DNA of 64,000 bases from an uncultured Bacteroidales bacterium (GTDB lineage Bacteria > Bacteroidota > Bacteroidia > Bacteroidales > F082): assembly GCA_947303335.1 (NCBI GenBank), contig CAMYYB010000004.1:11618-75617 (forward strand). Direction: 5' to 3'. The position numbers and the translations under genes were made by a program. Below the pieces are notes generated by a model. The model was not told the DNA's origin. It saw only the letters and a list, made by a program, of their open reading frames with translations, and made no database searches. This document shows, in pieces, positions 18,977 to 28,937 of the stretch (position 1 is the first letter of the stretch; each line of letters starts with the position of its first letter).

Positions 18977-19952
18977 GTTTCACTATATCCATTGCAAGAT
19001 ATATCGCCTTGCGTAGCGCATCGGGCGAAGCCTGATTGGCATTGGCGATATCGAATCCAGGACCGTGCATCGGAGCGGTGCAGACGGCAGGCAGTCCCGC
19101 CCAATAGTACGCCCCTCCATTGACCGAAATCAGCTTGAAGGGCATCACACCCTGTTCGTAAGTCATCGCCAATATGGCATCGTACTTCAACCAAGCCCCT
19201 TTGACAAAGAGCCTTGCAGGCGAGAAAGGCCCGAAGACAAGCATCCTTCGGTTTTGTGCCTCAGTGATAGCCGGCACTACAATATCGTTCTCGTCCGTAT
19301 TGCACGTCTCACCCGCATGGGGATTGAACCCCATCACAGCAATCTTAGGCGCGTTGATGCCGAAATCCGTCTTCAGGGACTTCGACAGCACCTCCAACTT
19401 ACGCACCACCATAGCAACATCAATTTTCGCTAAAGCCTCACGCAAAGGGATATCATCGGTTACCAGACCTATACGCATGAAGTCGCTCACCAAGACTCGT
19501 AGTGTCTCAGGGTTGTTGAAAAAGGCAGCCATTAACCCGCCCAGCTTTTGATTAATCTTCTGGCTCGATGGAGTCAGAACCAAGGCATCAAGATACTCGC
19601 TCTGCAAATCCTCGACGGCTTTCTTCATCGAAACTCCCGACATCTCGTCAGAGAGCGCTGAAGGCTGACCCGGCTCAATCTTCAACTCGTAATCCACGAT
19701 GTTGATGATATTGAATTTATACGCCCAAGCCTGCCGGGCATCGCGGGTCAGTGAATAGGTGAAATCTTCGATGCCAAAGTTCTTCTTATAATACGACAAC
19801 ACCTTCGACTGACCATAAAGAATAGGGGTCAGCAAGGTCATAATACGCGCATCAGCGAAAGCTTTGAGGATAATCTCATACGAGATTCCGTTAATGTCGC
19901 CGTGAGTGATTCCCACACGCGGCATCAGTATTTGTTGGGGGTTATCTTGCAT
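18957..19952 (-). CDS. pdxA: 4-hydroxythreonine-4-phosphate dehydrogenase
   Basis: GITHGDINGISYEIILKAF and GFNPHAGE motifs; length 331 aa. Confidence 0.85.
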   Translation of the reverse strand: MQDNPQQILMPRVGITHGDINGISYEIILKAFADARIMTLLTPILYGQSKVLSYYKKNFGIEDFTYSLTRDARQAWAYKFNIINIVDYELKIEPGQPSALSDEMSGVSMKKAVEDLQSEYLDALVLTPSSQKINQKLGGLMAAFFNNPETLRVLVSDFMRIGLVTDDIPLREALAKIDVAMVVRKLEVLSKSLKTDFGINAPKIAVMGFNPHAGETCNTDENDIVVPAITEAQNRRMLVFGPFSPARLFVKGAWLKYDAILAMTYEQGVMPFKLISVNGGAYYWAGLPAVCTAPMHGPGFDIANANQASPDALRKAIYLAMDIVKQKKGGI

Positions 19953-19995
19953 AGGCTCCTTTTATTGGACTGAAATTCAACACAAAATCAGCCCT

Positions 19996-20003
19996 CAAAG
20001 ATA
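19996..20003 (-). promoter_or_regulatory. -7 box TATCTTTG upstream of pdxA
   Basis: The reverse complement of caaagata, 44 nt upstream of the ATG at 19952. Confidence 0.45.
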
Positions 20004-20030
20004 GACAATAAAATTATATAAACAATAATT

Positions 20031-21299
20031 TCAGCCTATTTTTTGTGAAAAAAGCATATTTTTGAAGCCTTCCATGATTTTTTCGGTGGCTCCTACCTGC
20101 TGTTGGAGATAGTTTCTGCAAGTTTCTGAAGCCTTACTATAAAACACCTCATCGTTCATCAGACGGGTGAAAATCTCCTCAAGTTGCGCCGCATTTTTGA
20201 CAGAGAAGGCCCCTTGCCGTCCCACCAGGTCGACGGCTTCCTTAAAGTCAGTGTATTTCGGTCCGAACACCACGGGGCATCCAAAGGTGACGGGTTCCTG
20301 GATGTTGTGGATGTTCACCCCAAAGCCTCCGCCGATGTAGACAAAACGGGCATACTGATAAAGCTGCGAGAGAATGCCTATGGTGTTTACCACCAAGATA
20401 TTGGAGCGGCACTCTTCCTTCAGTTCGGAATACAACACCGCCTTGGGAAACTGGGCCTGAATCTGAGCAATATGACTCGCCGAAATGTCGTGGGGCGCGA
20501 TGATGAGGCAATACGACTCAGGAAGCTGGGGATAGAATGCCTCCAACAGCTTCTCGTCAGGCGGCCATGTGCTACCGGCGATGATACACTGCAGTCCTCC
20601 AATAAACCTTTCAATTTCGGGGAACGACTTAGCCTGCTTTGCGATGGCTGCCACACGGTCGAAACGGGTATCGCCACAAATCGTGTAATTGTCAAACCCA
20701 TATTTATGCAACAGTTCAGCCGTCTTCTTATCCTGCACGAAGAAATGGGTCACGTTGTGCAGCTGCTGGCGAAACCACCTGCCGAAAGACCTAAAGAAGA
20801 AAGACTTCTCATTGAAAATCAGGGAGACGTAATACAAAGGCACATCGGCTTCCTTCAAGGCATTCATATAATGGAACCAAAACTCGTACTTGATGAAGAA
20901 AGCAGCAATAAAATGATGACGCCGCAACCATTGCTTCGCGTGATGGGATGTATCAGTGGGCAGATACAGTACCTCGTCGGCCAAAGGGTAGTCCTTGCGC
21001 ACTTCATAGCCCGAGGGCGAGAAGAAAGAAAGCAGGATTTTATACTGCGGATAATCCTTCTTGAGGGCTTCGATGATGGGTCTCCCCTGCTCAAACTCGC
21101 CCAACGAGGCAGCATGAATCCAAATCCAGTCGCCGTCACCTGTAGGCTGAGGCAACTTGGCCCGACTCTTCATCCTGAACTCCTTCATCTGCCTCAGACG
21201 GCCCTTAACCCAATGTCTGGCCTTCTCATTGCCGAACAATGCCGCTATGCATACACCTATGGTATAGAGCGTGACACCTATGGTAAACAGAATCAGCAT
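20031..21299 (-). CDS. waaA: 3-deoxy-D-manno-octulosonic acid (Kdo) transferase
   Basis: N-terminal TM helix, WIHAASLGEFEQGRPIIEALKKDYPQYKILLSFFSPSGYE and a C-terminal GT-B fold pattern GGGFG.NIHNIQEP. Confidence 0.85.
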   Translation of the reverse strand: MLILFTIGVTLYTIGVCIAALFGNEKARHWVKGRLRQMKEFRMKSRAKLPQPTGDGDWIWIHAASLGEFEQGRPIIEALKKDYPQYKILLSFFSPSGYEVRKDYPLADEVLYLPTDTSHHAKQWLRRHHFIAAFFIKYEFWFHYMNALKEADVPLYYVSLIFNEKSFFFRSFGRWFRQQLHNVTHFFVQDKKTAELLHKYGFDNYTICGDTRFDRVAAIAKQAKSFPEIERFIGGLQCIIAGSTWPPDEKLLEAFYPQLPESYCLIIAPHDISASHIAQIQAQFPKAVLYSELKEECRSNILVVNTIGILSQLYQYARFVYIGGGFGVNIHNIQEPVTFGCPVVFGPKYTDFKEAVDLVGRQGAFSVKNAAQLEEIFTRLMNDEVFYSKASETCRNYLQQQVGATEKIMEGFKNMLFSQKIG

Positions 21300-21301
21300 A
21301 A

Positions 21302-22099
21302 TCAGTTATAGTAATACTCTTCGGGTTGGCGTTGATAAGTAGGGATGTTCCAACAGACGCGGAAGCCATAATACAGGTAGTTGTAACGTTTGGCGGGGTC
21401 AGTATAGCCTACCGGGACACCGTCAAACACGCGGAAGTCGTATTTACGATAGTCGCGGGTGCGGGCGTAGGTAGCCTCAAACGACACCGAAACGTTGGTG
21501 ACGCGGCTGTCGCCAAGATAAAGATAACCCGCCTCAAGATGCAACGCCGGGCCACCGCGCATCCGGTCGTAACCATAGGCATACTCCTTGTATACGGGAT
21601 AGGGAGTGTTGTTGGTATTGATGTCGTAGTCAATCTTGATACGGTTGCGCAGATAACCCACACCAGCCTGAACGAAGATGCCGCTGTTGGGATTAGGCCA
21701 AACAGGGAACAGTTTGCCGACCTCAAGCTGGAAGTGCATCCCGCGTTGATAGATGGCGAAGGTGGTATAAAGCCCAGCCGAACCTGTCATCTCGCCTTCG
21801 TCAGTAGTGAGACTCTCGCCAAAGATGTCGATACGGTCGCCCTTCAACCGATTGCCGAAAATGTAATTGCCGTTGGCAGTCAAAAGCCAGTTCGATGCCG
21901 TCTTGAAGACAAAACTGCCTCCGATGGTGTTGCTCACGCCATAGTCTGTCTTCAAGTCAAAAGCAGGAAAATGAAAGGCGTAAGTAGCCTGAAACATGGC
22001 CACGGGGATAGGCTCCTTCATGATGTCTTTCGGCATCTGGGCTTGCAGCGCCAAGCCCGAGAGCAGCAGCAAAGAGATAAAGAGTTTACGCATAGTCAT
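21302..22099 (-). CDS. Predicted outer-membrane beta-barrel protein, family unknown
   Basis: Signal peptide MRKLFISLLLLSGLALQAQ, alternating aromatic/hydrophobic strand pattern and an aromatic-rich C-terminus. Start trimmed from 22150 to the Met preceding the signal peptide. Confidence 0.4.
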   Translation of the reverse strand: MTMRKLFISLLLLSGLALQAQMPKDIMKEPIPVAMFQATYAFHFPAFDLKTDYGVSNTIGGSFVFKTASNWLLTANGNYIFGNRLKGDRIDIFGESLTTDEGEMTGSAGLYTTFAIYQRGMHFQLEVGKLFPVWPNPNSGIFVQAGVGYLRNRIKIDYDINTNNTPYPVYKEYAYGYDRMRGGPALHLEAGYLYLGDSRVTNVSVSFEATYARTRDYRKYDFRVFDGVPVGYTDPAKRYNYLYYGFRVCWNIPTYQRQPEEYYYN

Positions 22100-22147
22100 C
22101 CGGTTTTCTATTTCAACGGGAAAAGCTCCATTTTCGTATAAGGAGTG

Positions 22148-22155
22148 CAAAAATA
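22148..22155 (-). promoter_or_regulatory. -7 box TATTTTTG upstream of the OM beta-barrel gene
   Basis: The reverse complement of caaaaata, 49 nt upstream of the ATG at 22099. Confidence 0.45.
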
Positions 22156-22188
22156 CAAAAAAAGGTCGCCTCTGGCTGAAGCGACCTT
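22154..22188 (-). terminator. Rho-independent terminator after the S8 peptidase gene
   Basis: The minus strand reads AAGGTCGC-ttcagccagag-GCGACCTT followed by TTTTTTT. Confidence 0.65.
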
Positions 22189-22209
22189 GAAAAATATGAA
22201 ATCAATTCT

Positions 22210-25200
22210 TTATTGCTTGACTATTTTGCGGATGAGTTTCGCCTCACCTTTATAGATGCAAAGCATATAGACACCGCTTTCGAGACCGTCAAGCTGAACG
22301 GCATCATCTTCCACCTTCAGACTGTGGATGAGTTTACCTTCAACAGTATAAATGTCGATTTGGCTCATGCCGACGCATTCGATAGTCACTTTATCGGAGG
22401 TCGGGTTGGGATAGATGGAGAGTTTGCCGTCGTTCTCGTCCACACCCGTGAAATAGTTGGCGCAAGCCTCTTCCGACAAAGCAGAAATACCCTTCTCAAA
22501 AATGGCCTGCACAGCGTAGCAATGCACCGCATCTATAGCCATTTCAGTGTCGTTGTAGAAACCTGCATTGAAATGCTCCACAATCAGTTCACCATCGCGA
22601 TAGAGATTGTAACCCATAGTGCCATACAACACATCCCAAGCCGTTGACATCAAGCCTTCGCGGACGTCCGTAATACGAATCATAGGAGCAGTGCCATTCA
22701 CCTCAAAGGTATAGATAGCCGACAAAGCCACACATTCCTCGGTGACCGGGGTGATGACGATTTGATGCGTACCATCCTCGATGGCAGTAGTATAAGTGAC
22801 ACCTGTCACCTCAATGGCTTCTTCTTCATCAATACGAACGAGATAGTCCTCAACCGAACCTTCCCAAGAGAAAGTCACCTCATTGCCGACAAAGGCATAG
22901 TCGAAACCATCCACGATACTACAAACATTTACCGTGAGGCAAACCTCTTCAGAATCACATCCATTGGGAGAATGTGCCTTCACGCAGATTTGATTGTCGC
23001 CAATTTCGCCCTCGAATGAAACAGTGGTTCCTTCGACTTGAGCCGTTGCGCCGTTCTTGGTCACCATATAATAGGAGGCATTGTCAACGGCATCCCATGC
23101 GAAATACAACATCCCTTCCTCGTCAATAGTGACGAAACGCAGGTTTTCAACTGCATTAATCAGGCACAAATTGATGCTTGCGCCCAAGGCATAACAATTT
23201 TCTACAACAGGCTTCACCATAACGGTCGGTGCGTCTGTCTCAATGTCGAGTGCACAAGATGTTTCCTCGACAGTAGCCGCCCATGCTCCATCGACATACA
23301 CCTCGTATTGGCTCACACCCTCAAGGGCATCCCATGAAAGGTTGACAGCATGACCTATATTGGTATAGGTCAGATTGTTAACAGCCTCAGTCATGCATAC
23401 CTCCACGTGGACATCTTTCTCGCATTCCTCAAAGATGGTTCTCACATACACATCATGAACACCTGGTGTAATCCAGAAAACACAATTTGTTTGATTGAAA
23501 GCACCCAACAACTCTCCATCCATATAAACCTGATATTCCACCAGTCCCGTCGGGTCTTCAGGGGCTTCCCAAGTAAGGGTGAGCATCATCTCATCATTCA
23601 AAGTGTAATCCAGATTCTGCACGGAACCGCAGGACGATATCTCCACCTCGGCACAAATATATTCGCTCTGGCAGTCGTCGTAGGCGGCATAAACGCAATA
23701 GAGATAGGTGTCGTCTTCAAGGTTGGTGTCCGTGTAGGTAAAGTCCTCAACGAGGTCAAGCAACTCGGTGCCACGATAGATTTCGTACCAAATCGGAGTG
23801 CCGCTTTCAGGGGCATCCCAAGTGAGGAGCACATCGTGGTCAATCACCTCGTAAGCGAGATTGCGGATGGGGTCGCAGAACTGGGGTGCACCGGTGCCGC
23901 CTGTGCAGTCGATGGTGAAGGTCTGCGTACCGCTGAAGCCGCCACTGTTCTGATAGATGACTGTGCCGTCGTCATAGGTAATGACGAAGCTGCATTCCTG
24001 TGTCCACGAGCCATTGTGCCAAGTGAGTGAGATGGTGGAATTGGAAGCCACCTCGCGCACATAGGTAGCCGAGCTACCCGATGCAACCTCCATATTCTCA
24101 GTAGGCGTACCGTCAGAGTATTCCACCGTGAGATAGTTTCCCTGCCAGCCGTCACCATAGGAGTCGGTGAGCGAGAAAGTGATATTGCAGCTGTTCCTAT
24201 AGTTGAACGTATGCGTTGTGACCTTGCCATTGGCATCGGTGAAGGTCAGCGTGAAGGGAATGATGAAATCGGCTGGTGCATTGGCGTCGAGGGTGACATT
24301 AAAGTCGGCAAAACCCATCATCTCTGCACCGATGGTGCCGTATGACTTCTCCGTTTCATTCAATGTAATCAGTTCATACTCCGTTGAGAGCACACCCACA
24401 ATAGACTGGGCCAGCTCGTTACCCATGTTTTCGACAATGATACGGAGATTGGCTGTCTCTCCGGGATTGAGAAGCCCGTTGCCGTTGTCGTCGTTCAGTA
24501 CGGCAGTGGCGGCATACTGCAACCGATAGTCATAGACCAGGATATTGAAAAAATAGGTGGCGGTATACTCGCCGTCGATGTGAATATCGATGCTGAATCT
24601 GACGTTAGTGTTGCCTATCGCCTCGTCGTCGAGGGTGAAAGCGAAAGCATCGTTGACGGTGAGGGTCTGGTTGGGGGCGAAATCAGGGAACTGCACCGTG
24701 TTCTCGGTGATGGTGACATACTGGTCTTCCGTACTGAGCACCACCGAAACATTGCCCACCGTCTCGTCGGTGACATTGTCCAAAGTCAGCGACAGGCTGA
24801 CCGACTCACCCGGGTTCAGCTTATGGTTGTCGTTGCCCAAGGGGTCATCGAGTTCGAAAGCGTTGTACTTGATGGCACCCAGTTGTACCGTCTCGACAGC
24901 AGCCAGCACATTGATGCGGCCAAAGCCATAGGTGTTGCTTTTGCCTTCGGCAAGCGGCACAGCGGTTTCCTCAAGGATGCGGCACACCTCCGAAGGCATC
25001 AGGTTGATGTCCTTGCTCAACATAAGCGCCATGCACCCTGCGGCACAAGGCGTAGCCATCGACGTACCACTCATGTTGGTATAGCCCGAATTGCTCTGGT
25101 AGTTGGCCGATTTAATCTCAACACCGGGGGCGCACAGATCGGGACGAATGAGTCCGATGCCCGGTTCGTAGGGATAGTCGCCAAACTCGGTATTGGTCCA

Positions 25201-26349
25201 GGTGAGAGGTCCACGTGAGGTAAAGCTGGCTGCATTGTCGTTATAATCGACGGCACCGATGCACACCGAGCAGGTCTGTCCTCCGGGATTCTCACCCTGC
25301 ACCTCATCCATATAAGGCGGAGGGCAGCTGCCCGGCACACGCACGTTGTTCGGAATGGGATACATATATTGTTGACCGCCCTCGTTGCCGGCAGCGATAG
25401 CTGCCACTATGCCTGCATCCAAAGTTGCCTCGCAAGTATAGCGCAACAAAGTACGATCGGGGATGGTCGAATTGGGAAGACCCAACGACATACTGAACAT
25501 ATCGCAGCCATGCTCCACAGCCCATTGGATACCGTTGGAAATCTCCGTGGCACCACCGTTGCCATCACCATTCAAGCACTTGACGCACATCAAGGTGGCT
25601 TGGGGAGCCATACCTGTCTGCGAGCCAGCCGTACCATCGCCACACACCGTACCCGAGCAGTGTGTCCCGTGTCCGTGGTCGTCCATAGGGTCGTTGTCGT
25701 TGTTATAGACATCGTAGCCGTGATGGGGGAACTCCGAGCCTCCATCCCAAAGGTGGCCGGCCAAGTCCAAGTGGTTGTAGTTGACTCCCGTGTCGATGAC
25801 AGCCACCACCACGCCTTCGCCCGTGTAGCCCAAAGCCCATACTTGGTCGGCATTCACTTGAGTCACGTTAGGTGTAATCTCGCGAGTAGCGGATGCTGGG
25901 CGGGCTTCTTCCCCGTCGGGAATACAGTTGCGCTCGATGGCGTAGCCTATGATTTCTATGTCGTTGCGTTGAGCCAAGTCCTGAATGGCGGCTTGGGTCG
26001 CTTCAAAGCTCAAGGCATTGGCCATCCAGAGGATAGTCGGCTCGGTAGTCAGGCCGTTGCGCTGCATTTCTGACAGCGAATGCCGCAAGTCGTATTGCGT
26101 TGCTGTGGCAAACTCCTTCAGCTCGCTGACCACAAACTCGCGCCTTTGGGCACGGGTGACGTAGTAATCGGCACGACGGTTCAGCTCGGTGCGGTCGTAG
26201 TGCGATTTCATGATGACGACGACCTTGATTTTCTCGTCGTCGCTGCGGCGACCCATCTCCTCAGTGAGCAGCGGGTCGATAATATTCTGGGCAAAGCCGC
26301 TCAAGCAGAGGGCTGCCTCCATTAAGATTAGGAATAATAGTTTTTTCAT
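22210..26349 (-). CDS. S8 subtilisin-family serine peptidase with long Ig/FN3-like region and T9SS C-terminal sorting domain
   Basis: Catalytic triad motifs VAVIDTGV (D), HGTHCSGT (H) and SGTSMATPCAAG (S). CTD is IYPNPTSDKVTIE...GVYMLCIYKGEAKLIRKIVKQ. Confidence 0.9.
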   Translation of the reverse strand: MKKLLFLILMEAALCLSGFAQNIIDPLLTEEMGRRSDDEKIKVVVIMKSHYDRTELNRRADYYVTRAQRREFVVSELKEFATATQYDLRHSLSEMQRNGLTTEPTILWMANALSFEATQAAIQDLAQRNDIEIIGYAIERNCIPDGEEARPASATREITPNVTQVNADQVWALGYTGEGVVVAVIDTGVNYNHLDLAGHLWDGGSEFPHHGYDVYNNDNDPMDDHGHGTHCSGTVCGDGTAGSQTGMAPQATLMCVKCLNGDGNGGATEISNGIQWAVEHGCDMFSMSLGLPNSTIPDRTLLRYTCEATLDAGIVAAIAAGNEGGQQYMYPIPNNVRVPGSCPPPYMDEVQGENPGGQTCSVCIGAVDYNDNAASFTSRGPLTWTNTEFGDYPYEPGIGLIRPDLCAPGVEIKSANYQSNSGYTNMSGTSMATPCAAGCMALMLSKDINLMPSEVCRILEETAVPLAEGKSNTYGFGRINVLAAVETVQLGAIKYNAFELDDPLGNDNHKLNPGESVSLSLTLDNVTDETVGNVSVVLSTEDQYVTITENTVQFPDFAPNQTLTVNDAFAFTLDDEAIGNTNVRFSIDIHIDGEYTATYFFNILVYDYRLQYAATAVLNDDNGNGLLNPGETANLRIIVENMGNELAQSIVGVLSTEYELITLNETEKSYGTIGAEMMGFADFNVTLDANAPADFIIPFTLTFTDANGKVTTHTFNYRNSCNITFSLTDSYGDGWQGNYLTVEYSDGTPTENMEVASGSSATYVREVASNSTISLTWHNGSWTQECSFVITYDDGTVIYQNSGGFSGTQTFTIDCTGGTGAPQFCDPIRNLAYEVIDHDVLLTWDAPESGTPIWYEIYRGTELLDLVEDFTYTDTNLEDDTYLYCVYAAYDDCQSEYICAEVEISSCGSVQNLDYTLNDEMMLTLTWEAPEDPTGLVEYQVYMDGELLGAFNQTNCVFWITPGVHDVYVRTIFEECEKDVHVEVCMTEAVNNLTYTNIGHAVNLSWDALEGVSQYEVYVDGAWAATVEETSCALDIETDAPTVMVKPVVENCYALGASINLCLINAVENLRFVTIDEEGMLYFAWDAVDNASYYMVTKNGATAQVEGTTVSFEGEIGDNQICVKAHSPNGCDSEEVCLTVNVCSIVDGFDYAFVGNEVTFSWEGSVEDYLVRIDEEEAIEVTGVTYTTAIEDGTHQIVITPVTEECVALSAIYTFEVNGTAPMIRITDVREGLMSTAWDVLYGTMGYNLYRDGELIVEHFNAGFYNDTEMAIDAVHCYAVQAIFEKGISALSEEACANYFTGVDENDGKLSIYPNPTSDKVTIECVGMSQIDIYTVEGKLIHSLKVEDDAVQLDGLESGVYMLCIYKGEAKLIRKIVKQ

Positions 26350-26354
26350 GCAAA

Positions 26355-27698
26355 CTAATTTTGATTATTAATGATTTTTTCCAAAGTAGTATCCGTAAAA
26401 GTATCCCAAATCTTAAGTCGGATAGGCTTATAATCATCAAATAATTGCTTGATGAATTCTACTTCAAACACCAGCCGCAAATCATTTTCATCAGCATCAG
26501 GATGCACTTCATGTTTGGAACCTACTCGAGCTATTTTGATGAGATATAAATCCCTAATTCCTTGCTTTTTGATATATGGCATAAAATAATACAACTTATT
26601 GAGTGCCACAGTAGAAGGAAACTTTTTCCCTGTATAATAAACCTTTGCCGAACCGTCAAGGAACAAATCAACATTATCACTCTTCACAAGACTGACTAGG
26701 ACATTTTTCCCATTATCTAAATTAGAATCAACAACTTCTGATCCATGATTGACAATCTCTGCTGGAAACTCTTTCTTAATATCCACAACATTTATTGGGT
26801 TGTCAACTCCCAAATATGCCATTATGGAATCACCAACAAACTTGGCTAAATTGACAGGAACTGCGTTACCAATCATTTGTTCCATATCAGTCTTGGTACC
26901 AATGAACTTAAAATCTTTCGGAAAAGTCTGAATCATGCTACGTTCTCGTGTTGTCAACGGGCGAATGCCCTCCAATGTAGTTACTGGATCCGTTGGATGT
27001 AACTGATAACCAGATGGCATAGGACGATTCACTCCACGAATAGTGGGACTAGGTTCGTTAACGCTAAAAATACCTCTACGGGCATAACTGCGAGGGTGCC
27101 TGTAATAATACTTAATGTCTATCTGGTTTCCAAAATAATCTGCAATGGTCATTTCTTTTGAAGCTTGACGCTTCTCCAACACATCAGCCATAAAGCCGTC
27201 ATTTTCACCGAGATGACCTATCATAATAAAACGTTTACGCCGTTGTGGAACGCCACAAAAACTTGCATTTAGCACAGTCTCTGTTAGACCATAGCCACAA
27301 TCCTTGAAGATTTCCCTCGCCTCAACCAACTTGCCCGTCTTTAAGATTCGGTCAACATTCTCCATTACAAACCATTCTGGTTTAATGGCAGCAACAATCT
27401 TTGCATAACTCACAGTCAAATCACCCCTCCCATTATTCTCGTTGCGTTTCCCCGCAGATGAAAAATCTTGACAAGGGGGACCTCCTATTATCATGTCAGG
27501 CCTATACTTTTCAATCTCCACAACCGTTGATTCAACATCCGATAAATCTTGTTTTATTACAGGATGGTCGAAATTGTTATGATAAACGGTAACTGCTTCT
27601 TCCCAATTATCAAACGCGGCAAGGATTTCATATCCAGCCTTTTGAAAGCCTAAGCTCAAGCCTCCACAACCACAAAACAAATCAACTACTTTCATCAC
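26355..27698 (-). CDS. DNA (cytosine-5)-methyltransferase with a roughly 150-aa C-terminal extension
   Basis: Motif I DLFCGCGGLSLGF, motif IV GGPPCQDFS, motif VI ENV, motif VIII QRRKRF and motif X GNAVPV (near aa 285). About 150 further residues match no motif I recognise. The gene is AT-rich. Confidence 0.9.
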   Translation of the reverse strand: MMKVVDLFCGCGGLSLGFQKAGYEILAAFDNWEEAVTVYHNNFDHPVIKQDLSDVESTVVEIEKYRPDMIIGGPPCQDFSSAGKRNENNGRGDLTVSYAKIVAAIKPEWFVMENVDRILKTGKLVEAREIFKDCGYGLTETVLNASFCGVPQRRKRFIMIGHLGENDGFMADVLEKRQASKEMTIADYFGNQIDIKYYYRHPRSYARRGIFSVNEPSPTIRGVNRPMPSGYQLHPTDPVTTLEGIRPLTTRERSMIQTFPKDFKFIGTKTDMEQMIGNAVPVNLAKFVGDSIMAYLGVDNPINVVDIKKEFPAEIVNHGSEVVDSNLDNGKNVLVSLVKSDNVDLFLDGSAKVYYTGKKFPSTVALNKLYYFMPYIKKQGIRDLYLIKIARVGSKHEVHPDADENDLRLVFEVEFIKQLFDDYKPIRLKIWDTFTDTTLEKIINNQN

Positions 27699-28768
27699 AC
27701 AAATAGTTCAGGATGACTAACTAAATAAGCATCGAATCTTCTTTCCGGACGAAGAAACTTTTGCCCATTACCTAGAATAATATTCTTTATCTCATGCTTT
27801 GAGACTCTTGGCTTGGATAATTCATTACACCTCATCAACGGATTCGTTAATTTGCCACTGATTGCAAAAGCTTTGTCTGTTTTATACTTGTATGACAAGT
27901 CATTGACAATGCTAGTATAGTTGAACCTATTAAATTGTGTAAAATCCCACAACATTTTGTATAACCAAATGATTGTCCGTTGGTTGCGGGAAATGTCATC
28001 CACAGGATTTGTTTCCCTCAAACACATTTGTATTACTGACAGATTCGACCATACAAAAACATCAAGACATTCTGTTGCCAAATCTCTTAGATTTTGGCTT
28101 GTTTTCCAAATAGGCTGTATTATTAAGGGGACTTGCTTTCGTGAAATATCAGAAGAAACATTTAATACAGCTTTTTTTATCTCATCATAATGAGGTAACA
28201 CTTGCCTGATTTCTCCCCAATTCTTTATTTCCTCACCTATTGTGTTCAGTAAAATGTGTAGTTTGTTTTTCCCTTTTGGATTGTCGTAACAAGCACAAAT
28301 GCTACAAGCAAGAAATAGAATTGTAGGAGACCTTACTACAATTTCGCTTCCATAATCTATCTCATTTGCATCCTTTGTAGTGTTATCAGGAAGCGTAGTC
28401 AATTTGACTTCCAAACCACTCATTGGTGCGTTCGTTGTGCGATTTATCATCACTAAATCTATCTTCTCCTTTTTGGAAGCTACATAATACTGTTCGTATG
28501 GGTAATATCCTGACTCATAATCATAATACGCTTCATCACTTAATGGGTCTATTTTCAATAGATCAGACGCAGTAATGTACTTATGAACAATTTCATTATT
28601 ATTCTTCGTACAAATATATACAGGATCCATACCTATACTTCCCATATAAGCCACCAACGAAGCAGGAAAAGAACTATTAAACTGGTTCTTACCCCAACTA
28701 TCTTCTTTGGTGTAGTCTCTACTGGAATGCTTTTGTCCAAAAAGACCAGGTGTTATTTCTTTTTCCAT
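27695..28768 (-). CDS. Type II restriction endonuclease candidate (PD-(D/E)XK)
   Basis: ATGA stop/start overlap with the methyltransferase. KIDLVM...GLEVKLT fits a D...ExK catalytic core. Same AT-rich composition. The track start at 28777 is GTG, so I prefer the ATG at 28768 (MEKEITPGLFG). Confidence 0.6.
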   Translation of the reverse strand: MEKEITPGLFGQKHSSRDYTKEDSWGKNQFNSSFPASLVAYMGSIGMDPVYICTKNNNEIVHKYITASDLLKIDPLSDEAYYDYESGYYPYEQYYVASKKEKIDLVMINRTTNAPMSGLEVKLTTLPDNTTKDANEIDYGSEIVVRSPTILFLACSICACYDNPKGKNKLHILLNTIGEEIKNWGEIRQVLPHYDEIKKAVLNVSSDISRKQVPLIIQPIWKTSQNLRDLATECLDVFVWSNLSVIQMCLRETNPVDDISRNQRTIIWLYKMLWDFTQFNRFNYTSIVNDLSYKYKTDKAFAISGKLTNPLMRCNELSKPRVSKHEIKNIILGNGQKFLRPERRFDAYLVSHPELFV

Positions 28769-28798
28769 AGTTATCACTCATTGGGAATTAGCATTTTG

Positions 28799-28806
28799 CA
28801 AAAGTA
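28799..28806 (-). promoter_or_regulatory. -7 box TACTTTTG for the R-M cassette
   Basis: The reverse complement of caaaagta, about 30 nt upstream of the ATG at 28768. Confidence 0.5.
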
Positions 28807-28911
28807 GTAATTTTCATGATACAAGGGCTCGCATTGAAGTATATTTGAAAAAAACTTTGATTCAAAGCACATAATATCCAATATGTCATCTAAAGAAAAC
28901 TTTGATTATCG

Positions 28912-28919
28912 TATCTTTG
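28912..28919 (+). promoter_or_regulatory. -7 box TATCTTTG
   Basis: 19 nt upstream of the ATG at 28938. Confidence 0.5.
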
Positions 28920-28937
28920 CAGCCCATTTTTATAGCT

